DNA of 35,560 nucleotides, from positions 1-35,560 of the forward strand of contig JAGLJW010000013.1 of the NCBI GenBank assembly GCA_023142215.1, in the 5' to 3' direction. Positions 1 through 9,286 of this stretch are shown one piece after another. Position 1 is the stretch's first letter. Each line of letters opens with the position of its first letter. The stretch is from Candidatus Parcubacteria bacterium. GTDB taxonomy: Bacteria > Patescibacteriota > Patescibacteriia > Patescibacteriales > UBA12075. The translations under genes were made by a program, and so were the position numbers. The notes below the pieces were generated by a model. That model worked only from the letters and a program-made list of their open reading frames with translations, did no database searches and was not told the DNA's origin.

Positions 1-399
1 ACTAAGCCTTTTGTTAAACAATTAATTAGTAAAAGATATTCTTTGACTAATTTATGGAATAGGAGTAGTGGATCATTTAAAGAATTTTTTAATTTTTTTG
101 AGGTTTTCCCGAGAGATTTTTTATTATTAATTAGGAATTTAAGAAAAGGAAAATTAAATATTATATTTCAGCATAAAGAATTAGATAAATTGATTCTTGA
201 AATAGATCGTTCTAGTAATCGTTTATCTTTTAGTATGATAATTGCTTCATTGATAATTGGTTCTTCTATGATTTTGGGTCAACCAATTGGACCTTTCATT
301 TTTGGTTATCCAGCAATTGGTATTATTGGTTATGTATTTGCTAGTTTTTTAGGATTATTCTTAATTATTTCTATTTTACGATCAGGAAAATGGAAATAA
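1..399 (+). CDS. C-terminal fragment of a UbiB/ABC1-like kinase family membrane protein (5' end outside window)
   Basis: Frame 1 is open from base 1 (TKPFVKQLISKRYSLTNLW...) to the stop at 397-399. LLLIRNLRKGKLNIIFQHKELDKLILEIDRSSNRLSF followed by two hydrophobic helices matches my memory of UbiB/AarF C-termini. No catalytic region is visible, so the family call is tentative. Confidence 0.45.
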   Translation, partial: TKPFVKQLISKRYSLTNLWNRSSGSFKEFFNFFEVFPRDFLLLIRNLRKGKLNIIFQHKELDKLILEIDRSSNRLSFSMIIASLIIGSSMILGQPIGPFIFGYPAIGIIGYVFASFLGLFLIISILRSGKWK

Positions 400-1091
400 A
401 AAACATTATGACAATAACGGCTATATTGCCTGTTTTTAATGAAGAAAAGACTGTTGCTAATGTCTTATCTGTTTTATCTAAATCTGAACAATTTAATGAG
501 ATTATTGTGATAGATGATGCATCTACGGATAATAGTTTGAATATTGCAAAGGGTTTTCAGTCAGATAAATTAAAGATAATTCATTTAGAAAAAAATTTAG
601 GAAAAAGTGGTGCTGTTAAGTTTGTGGTAAAAGATTTGCAAACTGATATTTTATTTTTTTGTGATGGTGATTTGCATAATTTTACGAATCAACATATTGA
701 TCAACTTTTAAAACCATTGAAAGCTGGTAAACATTTAATGACAGTTGGAATTAGAGATAGAGGAATAATACATAATACATTTGTTAAGAAATTTGGACCA
801 TTGGTTACAGGAGAAAGAGCAATGCCTTATGGAATTTTTAAGAAAACGATGGACAGTCAATTTAATAATAGATTAATGGAAGGATATAACATGGAAATAG
901 TTTTAAATAACTATTGTAAAATACACAATATTCCCATAATTAGAATGATATCAAAAGGAGTAAAAGAAACTTTTAAACCATGTAAATGTAAGAATGGAAC
1001 GACTCTCTTTATAAAAGAGGTTCTTGGATTTATTTTAGTATTTATAAAATTAAAAACATTATGTCTGAACAGAATAAAAAAAGACCATTAA
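390..1091 (+). CDS. Family 2 glycosyltransferase (GT-A fold)
   Basis: ILPVFNEEKTVANVL...IIVIDDASTDNS...FFCDGDL is the typical GT2 N-terminal signature. The start overlaps the upstream stop (ATGGAAATAA). An alternative start at 408 is possible. Confidence 0.75.
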   Translation: MEIKNIMTITAILPVFNEEKTVANVLSVLSKSEQFNEIIVIDDASTDNSLNIAKGFQSDKLKIIHLEKNLGKSGAVKFVVKDLQTDILFFCDGDLHNFTNQHIDQLLKPLKAGKHLMTVGIRDRGIIHNTFVKKFGPLVTGERAMPYGIFKKTMDSQFNNRLMEGYNMEIVLNNYCKIHNIPIIRMISKGVKETFKPCKCKNGTTLFIKEVLGFILVFIKLKTLCLNRIKKDH

Positions 1092-1882
1092 TTGCCTTGT
1101 CTCTTGGAGGCGGGGGAGCTAAAACATTTGCTCACTTGGGAGTGCTTGATGCTTTCAAAAAACATGACATTCCAATTGATTTTTTAGTAACTTGTTCAGC
1201 TGCTTCAGTGGTTGGTGTTTTATATAATTCTGGAGTTTCTAGTCAAGAAATTAAAAAAGAATTTAAAAGAAAAAGAAAATGGTTCTATATTCTTAGATGT
1301 TCTATCTTTAAACGGATACTTGAGAAATTTATAAAACAAAAGAATATTGTTGATATAAAAGATTTAAAAATTCCAATGTCAATAATAACTGTGGATTTAA
1401 AAACAGGAAAAGAAATTATTTTCAATGAGGGTAATCCATTGTTAATTCCTTTAGCCTCAAGTGCTTTTCCTGGAATTTGGCAACCAATTGAATATAAAAA
1501 CTATGAATTAATTGATGGTGGAGTTTTAAATCCTGATCCAGCTAATGTTGCCAGAGAAAAAGTTGGTCCTGATGGTTTAGTTATTAGCGTTACCTTAAAG
1601 ATGGAATTCACAGAAGAGAAGACCAGGGGTCGTTTTAATACAATTTTAAAATCTTTATATTTATTGTCTTTTAAATATAGAAATAAAATTGTTGAAAAAA
1701 ATTCTGATATTATAATAATGCCATCTAACGGATTGAAAGTTAATTTTCGTGACTGGAAAGAAACATTTTTTGGATATTTTAGCAACAATAGGATTGAGCA
1801 TTATTATAAAAAAGGATTTGAAGAAGCTGAAAGAAAAGTTATTAAAATAAAAGAATTAATTGATTATAAAAAAACATCTTAA
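1061..1882 (+). CDS. Patatin-like phospholipase family protein
   Basis: Oxyanion motif LSLGGGGAKTFAHLGVLDAF and Asp motif LIDGGVLNP. The nucleophile region reads VTCSAASVVG instead of GxSxG. It overlaps the GT2 gene by 31 nt. Confidence 0.7.
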   Translation: MSEQNKKRPLIALSLGGGGAKTFAHLGVLDAFKKHDIPIDFLVTCSAASVVGVLYNSGVSSQEIKKEFKRKRKWFYILRCSIFKRILEKFIKQKNIVDIKDLKIPMSIITVDLKTGKEIIFNEGNPLLIPLASSAFPGIWQPIEYKNYELIDGGVLNPDPANVAREKVGPDGLVISVTLKMEFTEEKTRGRFNTILKSLYLLSFKYRNKIVEKNSDIIIMPSNGLKVNFRDWKETFFGYFSNNRIEHYYKKGFEEAERKVIKIKELIDYKKTS

Positions 1883-1888
1883 ATATTT

Positions 1889-3745
1889 ATGAAAAATTTA
1901 ATTTTAAATAAAACCAGCAAGTGGATAATAATCAGTGTTTTATTATTAGCAGGATTGATTATGTCGGTTTATAATCTATTGATAGTTAATAATAAAGCTG
2001 TGACTGATGTCGCAGAAGAGAAAGAAGAGATAATGTCTGTTGAAACTGTTAAAGTAGTTTCTCAAGATATCAGCGATAATATTAATTTATCAGGAATTAC
2101 AGAGCCTTTAGATAAAGTTATGGTGAGTTCAAAAACGACTGGTAAAGTTATTAGTTTTAATGTCAAGGAAGGTGAAAGTGTTTATGCTGGACAAGCTATT
2201 GCGCAACTTGAACAAGATTCTATCCTTTTAGCTTCATACAATAATGCTAAAATGAGTTTAATAAATACAGTTTCTACTACGAATCAAGATATTAGTAATG
2301 CTGAACTGGCTATAACTACAGCTGAAATGAATTTAATAAATACAAAAATTAATGCAGAAGAAAATATTAAAAATACTGAATTAGCAATAGATTCAGCAAA
2401 AATTGCATTTCAAAATGCTGAAAAATCATTAGATAACACTCAAAGTTCTAGTGAACAATCTATTCAGAATGTTTATGATAACATTCTGGTAACAATGCAA
2501 AGTAATTTATTAACCATAAATACAGTATTAATTGTTGTAGGTGATATAATTGGTGAAGAGCCAGGAATGACTAATGCTAATGATGATTATGAAGATGTTC
2601 TTGGTGTAAAAGATATGCGAAGTCTAAATGACACTGAAAGTTTATTTTTGCAAACAAAAATTAATTATGAGAATGCTAAAAATAATTATGATAATCTAAA
2701 CACTTTATCTTTAAATAATGAAATAGATTCAATAGCTAGTGATATAGCTACATCTTTAAGTTTAACAAAAGATGTTTTGGAGTCGGCTTTAGTTATGCTT
2801 GATAATACAATTACCAAAAGTGACTTTACTCCTAGTGATTTATCCATATTAAAAACTTCTATTAATACAAATTTAACAAATGTAAATACCGCTATCAGCA
2901 CACTTCAACTTAGTCAGCAAGCTATTATTAGCTCTAAATTATTGGATACGAGTAGCAGTGATAATGTAGTAGCTGTTTATGAATCTGCTAAGAAAAATTT
3001 AGAAACATCAGAGCAGGGTTTAGTGTTGGTTGAAACACAGTCTAAAATGCAGATTGATGCATCCGAAAAGCATCTCAAGTCAACAGAAGCAAATTTAGAA
3101 AGTATTAAAAAAAGATCCAAATTGCAAATTAATTTAATTGATGGTCAAATTAATTCAATTAGTGCTCAATTAAAAAATACAACGATTATTGCTTCCATTT
3201 CAGGTGTTTTAAATCAAGTCTTGGTTGAAGTTGGAGAAATGGCGATTGCGGGCAAACCCATAATTAGTATTGTTAATACTGAAAGCATAAAAATTGAATT
3301 AGCTATAACAGAATTTGATATTGGACGAATATCAAATGAACAAGAGCTAAAAATTCTATTATCTGCTTATCCAGAAGAAGAATTTTTAGGACATATCTAT
3401 TATGTTGGTTTAGTGGCAGATCAAATAAGTAAAAAATTTCCTATTAAAATTCAAGTTTCCAATGAAAATAAAAAAATTAAAGCTGGCATGGTAGCACAAG
3501 TTGAAATATTACTTGAGGAGCAAAAAGATGTTTTAGTAATTCCAAAAACAGCAGTATTCACAGAGGAAAGTTTTGAGAAAGTTTATACTATTGATGAAAA
3601 TAAGTGTGTAAAGATACTATCAGTTAAGACCGAATTTATTAATGAAGAAACAGTGTTAGTCAAAGAAGGATTAGCTGAGGGCGATACAGTTGTAGTTAAT
3701 GGTAATTATGACTTAAAAGAGGGCGATAAAGTTAATATAAAATAG
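1889..3745 (+). CDS. RND efflux periplasmic adaptor (HlyD/MFP family), unusually long (618 aa)
   Basis: N-terminal TM helix and lipoyl-like motif SSKTTGKVISFNVKEGESVYAGQAIAQLEQD. A very long Asn/Ser/Leu-rich helical insert is followed by a beta-barrel part (ISGVLNQVLVEVGEMA...VAQVEI). It sits directly upstream of an RND pump. Confidence 0.75.
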   Translation: MKNLILNKTSKWIIISVLLLAGLIMSVYNLLIVNNKAVTDVAEEKEEIMSVETVKVVSQDISDNINLSGITEPLDKVMVSSKTTGKVISFNVKEGESVYAGQAIAQLEQDSILLASYNNAKMSLINTVSTTNQDISNAELAITTAEMNLINTKINAEENIKNTELAIDSAKIAFQNAEKSLDNTQSSSEQSIQNVYDNILVTMQSNLLTINTVLIVVGDIIGEEPGMTNANDDYEDVLGVKDMRSLNDTESLFLQTKINYENAKNNYDNLNTLSLNNEIDSIASDIATSLSLTKDVLESALVMLDNTITKSDFTPSDLSILKTSINTNLTNVNTAISTLQLSQQAIISSKLLDTSSSDNVVAVYESAKKNLETSEQGLVLVETQSKMQIDASEKHLKSTEANLESIKKRSKLQINLIDGQINSISAQLKNTTIIASISGVLNQVLVEVGEMAIAGKPIISIVNTESIKIELAITEFDIGRISNEQELKILLSAYPEEEFLGHIYYVGLVADQISKKFPIKIQVSNENKKIKAGMVAQVEILLEEQKDVLVIPKTAVFTEESFEKVYTIDENKCVKILSVKTEFINEETVLVKEGLAEGDTVVVNGNYDLKEGDKVNIK

Positions 3746-3757
3746 TTAGAATTATTT

Positions 3758-4159
3758 ATGGAATATAGAAATCATCAAAATAGAAAATGGTTACATTTAA
3801 TTTCTACTCCTATTGTTTATGGTATGATTATTCCTTTGTCTTTTCTTGATCTTACATCGGGAATATATCATAACATTTGTTTTAGATTATATGGGCTTAA
3901 GTTGTTGAAAAGATCAGAATACATAAAAATTGACAGACATAAATTAGAATATCTTTGTTGGTATGAAAAAATAAATTGTGCTTATTGTGGTTATGCGAAT
4001 GGATTAATAAATTATATTCAAGCGATATTTGCTGAAACAGAAAAATATTGGTGTGGTATAAAACACAAGAAAGATAAAAATTTTATAGAACCAGAATATC
4101 ATCAAGATTTTATAGATTATGATGATGAACAAAAATATAGAAAAACGCCAGAAAGGTAA
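3758..4159 (+). CDS. Hypothetical small membrane-anchored Cys-rich protein
   Basis: 133-aa ORF packed tightly between the adaptor and pump genes. It has one predicted TM helix (LHLISTPIVYGMIIPLSFLDL) and then the motifs INCAYCGYANG and KYWCGIKH. No family name that I can assign. Confidence 0.5.
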   Translation: MEYRNHQNRKWLHLISTPIVYGMIIPLSFLDLTSGIYHNICFRLYGLKLLKRSEYIKIDRHKLEYLCWYEKINCAYCGYANGLINYIQAIFAETEKYWCGIKHKKDKNFIEPEYHQDFIDYDDEQKYRKTPER

Positions 4160-4188
4160 TTTTCTATATTTGTGATAAAAAATATATT

Positions 4189-7100
4189 ATGAATTTACCA
4201 AAATTTTCAGTTGATAAACCAGTAACTATAACAATGATAGTTTTAATTATTGTTGTTTTTGGTTTCATTTCTTTTAGTAGATTAGGATTAGATATGTTGC
4301 CTGATATTGAATTTCCAGTAGTATCAGTTATTACATCATATAATGGAGTAAGTAGTGAGGATATTGAAGACGTTTTAACTAAGCCTATTGAAGATGCGGT
4401 TAGTACAGTTAAAGATGTTAAATTAGTGTCTTCAATTTCACAAGAGGGAGTGTCAGTCGTGATGGTGGAATTTAATAGTGGTACTAATATTGATTTTGCA
4501 TCTCAAGATATTAGAGACAGAATTGGATTGATAGAGGATTATTTGCCTGAAGATTCCAATAAACCGATGGTAGTTAAAATGGATGTTGGTGCTATGCCAG
4601 TCCTAGCTTACGGTATTACTTCGGATAGTATAGACATTTTAGAATTGAAAGAGATATTAGAAGATAATATTAAAGACAAAATTGAAAGATTAGATGGTGT
4701 GGCTTCTGTTGAATTGCGTGGCGGTAAAGAAAGAGAAATTTTAGTTAAATTAAACAAACCGCAATTAGAATCCTATGAAATAACGCAAGATCAGATTGTT
4801 CAAACTTTGCGTAGAGAAAATGTTAATTTGTCTGGTGGATTTATTGAACAAGGATTACAAGAATTTTCTTTGCGAACTGCTGGGGAATTTAAGAATTTGA
4901 AAGAGATGGAAGATACGGTTATTATTGTTAAAAATAATGTGCCAATTTATTTAAAAGATGTAGCACAAATTGTTAATACGCACAAAGAAACAAGGAGTCA
5001 TTGTCATACTAATAAAAAAGATAGCATTTTATTATTAGCAAGTAAGCAGTCAGGAGCTAATACTTCGCAAGTTGTTGATGCAATTAAAAATGAAATACCG
5101 AAATTAGAAAAATCTTTATCCAAGGATATTGATTTTAAATTAGTAATGGATCAAAGTCATTTAATTAAAACCTCAACTAATTCCGTGACACAAAGTGGTG
5201 TGATTGGTGGATTATTGGCAATGTTAATGATTTATGTTTTTTTACGAAATTGGCGACCAACTTTGGCTATTGCTATGGCTATTCCTTTGTCATTAATTGC
5301 TACTTTTATACCTCTTTATATTATTGGTTATTCTTTGAATTTAATGACTTTGGGCGGATTGGCTTTAGGCATTGGAATGTTGGTTGATAATGCTGTAGTT
5401 GTAATTGAAAACATTTATCGTCATTTGGGAAAAATTGGCAAGAGACGAAAAGCAGCTATTGTAGGTGCTAAAGAAGTTGGAATAGCAATTACAGCGGCTA
5501 CTTTAACTAGTATTGCTGTATTTCTACCAATGTCTTTAGGTACAGGTATTGCAGGACAAATATCAAGGGGATTATCTCTGACAATTATTTTTGCTTTGTT
5601 TTCTTCTTTATTTGTTGCTTTAACATTAGTGCCAATGCTTGCTTCAAAGATTTTCAAAAAAAGAGAAAAGACGGAAGATTATAAAAAAGCATCGGATGAG
5701 AAATATTTTATCAAAGTAAGAAATATTTATAAAAAAGTTTTAATTTGGTCATTAAATAATCGTTTTAAAACCATGGCTATTACGATTATTTTATTAGCTA
5801 GTACAGTTGTTTTAATTCCATTTATCGGTACAGAATTTATGCCTGTTAGTGATCAGGGTATGATGTTATTAGGTGTGAAAATGCCTATTGGTACATCTTT
5901 AGATGAAACCGATAAAATTATTAATCAAATAGAAAGTGATTTAATTAAAATTGATGGAATATCAGTTATTACTAGTTTTGTCGGATTAGATGAGTCTAGT
6001 AGAAATGACAGTGTTGCTTTAGGATTGGGTTCAGCAGGCATTAATGAGGCTCAAATTTTTATTAGATTAGAAGACAAAAAAGATAGAAAATATTCAGCTG
6101 AAGATATCCAAGAAATCATTAGACAGAAACTTCCGAAAATAAGAAATATAGAAATTAATTTTATGGATATGAGTAAAATTCTAATAAGCGGTTCAAGTTT
6201 TCCAGTTGAAATAAAAATTTTTGGTAAGGATTTAGCTATATTGAAAAGTGTATCCGATGAAATTGCACAAAAAATTAATAATGTGGAAGGTCTTCGCGAT
6301 GTGGATACTACCTTAAGTCAAGGTAAACCAGAATTAGTTGTTACTATTGATCGTGAAAGAGCTTCTTATTTAGGATTAACTGTTGGTCAAATTGGATCAG
6401 TAGTAAAAGATTCTATGCAAGGCGTGGTTGCTATTCAATTTCATAAAGGAGGAGAAGAAACAGATATTAGAGTTCGTTATGATAAAATTTATAGAGATGA
6501 TATTAAACAAATAGAAAATTTAACCATTATTACTCCAACTGGAAATAAGATACCATTAAAACAAGTAGCCAAGATTTCTAAAGGTGAAGGTCCAGTAAAA
6601 ATTGTTCGTGAAGACCAAATAAGAAAAGTAGCAGTTACAGCCAATGTGTTAAACAGGGATGTTGGCAGTGTTGTTAAAGATATAAAAAATATACTAAATG
6701 ATTACAATTTACCTTCAGGATATTTTATAGAATATGGTGGTTCATATAAGCAAATGCAAGATACTTTTGGCACTTTAGCTTGGGCATTAGCTTTGGGAAT
6801 TTTATTAGTTTATATGGTAATGGCTTCACAATTTGAATCACTAATTCATCCGTTCATTGTTATGTTTGAAATACCCCTAGCGTTTATTGGGATTAGTATA
6901 GCTTTATTTATCACGGGGCAAACTTTATCTTTGCCATCTTTTATGGGCGTAATAATGCTGGCAGGTATCGTTGTAAATAATGCAATTGTTTTAATTGATT
7001 ATGTTAATCAATTAAGAAAAAAAGGCATGAGTGAATTTGATGCTTTAGTAGAAGGTGGAGTTACTCGTTTAAGACCAATTCTGATTACATCTATAACTAC

Positions 7101-7299
7101 TATATTAGGAATGTTGCCAATGGCTTTAGCAAGACAAGAAGGTTCAGAAATTATGCGACCAATGGCAATTGCTGTAATTGGTGGACTATTGGTGTCTACA
7201 TTATTAACTTTGATAATTATTCCTGTGATTTATAGTTTAATAGAAAAATTTTCAAAACGAACTTATATGAAATTTGAAAAAGTGATAAATGCAAAATAA
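4189..7299 (+). CDS. RND efflux transporter permease (AcrB/AcrD/AcrF family)
   Basis: 1036 aa with the N-terminus FSVDKPVTITMIVLIIVVFGFISFSRLGLDMLPDIEFPVV. There are two 6-TM bundles (GLALGIGMLVDNAVVVIEN, MLAGIVVNNAIVLIDY) separated by large loops. Confidence 0.9.
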   Translation: MNLPKFSVDKPVTITMIVLIIVVFGFISFSRLGLDMLPDIEFPVVSVITSYNGVSSEDIEDVLTKPIEDAVSTVKDVKLVSSISQEGVSVVMVEFNSGTNIDFASQDIRDRIGLIEDYLPEDSNKPMVVKMDVGAMPVLAYGITSDSIDILELKEILEDNIKDKIERLDGVASVELRGGKEREILVKLNKPQLESYEITQDQIVQTLRRENVNLSGGFIEQGLQEFSLRTAGEFKNLKEMEDTVIIVKNNVPIYLKDVAQIVNTHKETRSHCHTNKKDSILLLASKQSGANTSQVVDAIKNEIPKLEKSLSKDIDFKLVMDQSHLIKTSTNSVTQSGVIGGLLAMLMIYVFLRNWRPTLAIAMAIPLSLIATFIPLYIIGYSLNLMTLGGLALGIGMLVDNAVVVIENIYRHLGKIGKRRKAAIVGAKEVGIAITAATLTSIAVFLPMSLGTGIAGQISRGLSLTIIFALFSSLFVALTLVPMLASKIFKKREKTEDYKKASDEKYFIKVRNIYKKVLIWSLNNRFKTMAITIILLASTVVLIPFIGTEFMPVSDQGMMLLGVKMPIGTSLDETDKIINQIESDLIKIDGISVITSFVGLDESSRNDSVALGLGSAGINEAQIFIRLEDKKDRKYSAEDIQEIIRQKLPKIRNIEINFMDMSKILISGSSFPVEIKIFGKDLAILKSVSDEIAQKINNVEGLRDVDTTLSQGKPELVVTIDRERASYLGLTVGQIGSVVKDSMQGVVAIQFHKGGEETDIRVRYDKIYRDDIKQIENLTIITPTGNKIPLKQVAKISKGEGPVKIVREDQIRKVAVTANVLNRDVGSVVKDIKNILNDYNLPSGYFIEYGGSYKQMQDTFGTLAWALALGILLVYMVMASQFESLIHPFIVMFEIPLAFIGISIALFITGQTLSLPSFMGVIMLAGIVVNNAIVLIDYVNQLRKKGMSEFDALVEGGVTRLRPILITSITTILGMLPMALARQEGSEIMRPMAIAVIGGLLVSTLLTLIIIPVIYSLIEKFSKRTYMKFEKVINAK

Positions 7300-7390
7300 G
7301 TAAAAAGTATTATTGAATCAAAAAGATGGTTGTTAGCCCATTTGACATTTTTTTGGTTATTGTAATATGGGTCTGTTGCTTCAAACACTG

Positions 7391-9052
7391 CTATTTAGTT
7401 GCTAGTGCTTGTAATGCGAAAGCGGTTGGTAAAGATTTATTTGTAAAATATCGTGGTTTTGTTCCTTCTCGATAAAGTGCATCCATTGGCCATGATCCTG
7501 CTTTCTCTTGAATACTAAGTAAGACATTTTTTTCTTTTTGATTTTGTATTCCCAGTGTGTCCGCAATGACATTTCTCATAGCCAAGTCTAATGGATTGTT
7601 TGTTTTACCGATTCTGTTTTTAAGTTGTTCTTCTAAATTGGTTTTTAGTTTCTTTTTTATTTTAGGAAATTTCATAAGTCTACTGAGTGCATACAAAAAA
7701 CACTCTGGTGAATGGTAAAAACGTGATCCTTCAAGATATTTTCCAGATTTCAGCATTGTGGTTATCCATTCTTCTGTTGACTGTATGTCGTCTTCTCTAC
7801 CAAGAAGATATGCCAAATAAGCTACATTTGTAGCAACAACATGATCTAAGCGATTTTTTCTTTCTTGTGAAAGCCAAACCTGTATCTTTCCTTCTTTATC
7901 AATATATTCTAATATAGTATTTAATATTTTATTAGCTTGTTCAGAAGTTGTGCGTTCGTTTTCAAGAAGGACAGAATATCCCCATGAATTTGTATCGGAA
8001 TCAGGAGTAATCAATGATCTATCCTCAAAAAAACTTAATTGTCCTTGTTTGGATTGGGTTTCAATATGTTGCAAAATAGTATTTCTTAACTCATCATGTG
8101 AACTTCGTTTTGGTAAAATATCAGCGATTACAATAGAGGAAAATATTTCCTTAGGAGCCTGGTTTGTACTTAATTCAGAACGATTAGAAGCAATATAGGA
8201 GGGAAATACTCCTTGTTGGCTTTCTGATTTTAAATATTGCCATGCATTTTCTATAGCTTTTTCTTTTTCTGCTCTGTGTGATTCTGTTTCAGGATTTTTT
8301 GAAAAAGTTATTGTGGAAATAGGATATGTTACTATAATGTCATTTTTTGTTTCTTCGTATTGTATATATGTTTGGTTTTCTAGAATGGTTTTGATTTTTG
8401 ATAAATCGGGTTGATCTATACCTTTTGTTGCAAATCGGTCTTTCATGGAAATATGCATGTTAAATGATTGCTTGTCAGATACTTTGGCACCTGAATTTTG
8501 TATAAGTGACTTCAGTTCTTGAAGTGTGGGTACGTATGTTACATCATTTTTTCCTTCTAGGTTTGCAACTTCGGTCTCAATGCGATTTAATATATCTTTT
8601 TCTTCTACTGTTCTAGCGAAATAATCTTGCAAAATTGTTATTCCATTGGCATTGATAATGCGTGTGTATTCACATAAAATTAGTGGATAATCATCTTTGC
8701 TCACATTATTCAGACCACCTCTACAAAAAACTATATCAAATGAATCATCTGGTAAACCTATTTCGGTTGCGTCTGATAAGATACGTTCATTGTCCTGATA
8801 TGCACCTGACTCTAACATTTTTGGACTTTTGTCTTGGTAAACAATTTTGATTTTATCAAAAACTTCTTTAATCTTATGACCAATAATTCCCGTTCCAGCC
8901 ATAGAATCAAGGCAATGTAAATTTTCACCTTTTTGAGTGATTTGTTCTTGTACTTTGGTAATGATTTGTTGGAGTGATTTTGAATCACGAAATGCCTCAA
9001 AGGATTCAAGGTATTCTGGTTGTCTAATTGTAAATTGATCTCTTTCTTTCAT
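7391..9052 (-). CDS. Fusion protein: N-terminal class I SAM-dependent methyltransferase plus C-terminal QW-repeat (prenyltransferase/squalene-cyclase-like alpha/alpha toroid) domain
   Basis: N-terminus: motif I-like CLDSMAGTGIIG, acidic end of strand 2 VYQDKSP, DSFDIVFCRGGLNNV, NANGITILQD. C-terminus: repeated LxxxQxxxGxW/F strings (LLSIQEKAGSW, IETQSKQGQLSF, YLKSESQQGVF) and a DSDTNSWGY string reminiscent of the DxDDT region of cyclases. Confidence 0.55.
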   Translation of the reverse strand: MKERDQFTIRQPEYLESFEAFRDSKSLQQIITKVQEQITQKGENLHCLDSMAGTGIIGHKIKEVFDKIKIVYQDKSPKMLESGAYQDNERILSDATEIGLPDDSFDIVFCRGGLNNVSKDDYPLILCEYTRIINANGITILQDYFARTVEEKDILNRIETEVANLEGKNDVTYVPTLQELKSLIQNSGAKVSDKQSFNMHISMKDRFATKGIDQPDLSKIKTILENQTYIQYEETKNDIIVTYPISTITFSKNPETESHRAEKEKAIENAWQYLKSESQQGVFPSYIASNRSELSTNQAPKEIFSSIVIADILPKRSSHDELRNTILQHIETQSKQGQLSFFEDRSLITPDSDTNSWGYSVLLENERTTSEQANKILNTILEYIDKEGKIQVWLSQERKNRLDHVVATNVAYLAYLLGREDDIQSTEEWITTMLKSGKYLEGSRFYHSPECFLYALSRLMKFPKIKKKLKTNLEEQLKNRIGKTNNPLDLAMRNVIADTLGIQNQKEKNVLLSIQEKAGSWPMDALYREGTKPRYFTNKSLPTAFALQALATK

Positions 9053-9286
9053 ATTGAGTAAGCAATTGTTTGTGTAAAATATTAAATCGTTGTTTTTATT
9101 TACAACAAACTATTTTTTAAGGTGTTAATTTCAACTTAATGTATTACGAGTTTAGCATATTTTATTAAATGCGACAAACTAATGCTACTTTTTTTATTTA
9201 ACTATTTATTGTATAATTAAAAATATAGAATTTTATAAATTATTTGCATTATTTTAGTTTTAAATTTTGCATTTTAATTTTTTATT

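Noticed and set aside
7300-7390. Terminator between the convergent RND pump and methyltransferase genes
   Set aside because: Only a weak bulged stem (AGCCCAT...ATGGGTCT) with a 26-nt loop could be drawn. That is not convincing enough to annotate.
9053-9286. Defined promoters or operators in the divergent methyltransferase/smc intergenic region
   Set aside because: A perfect TATAAT (9212-9217) and two TTTGCAT motifs are present. However, the -35 partners are poor and the region is so AT-rich that matches are expected by chance.
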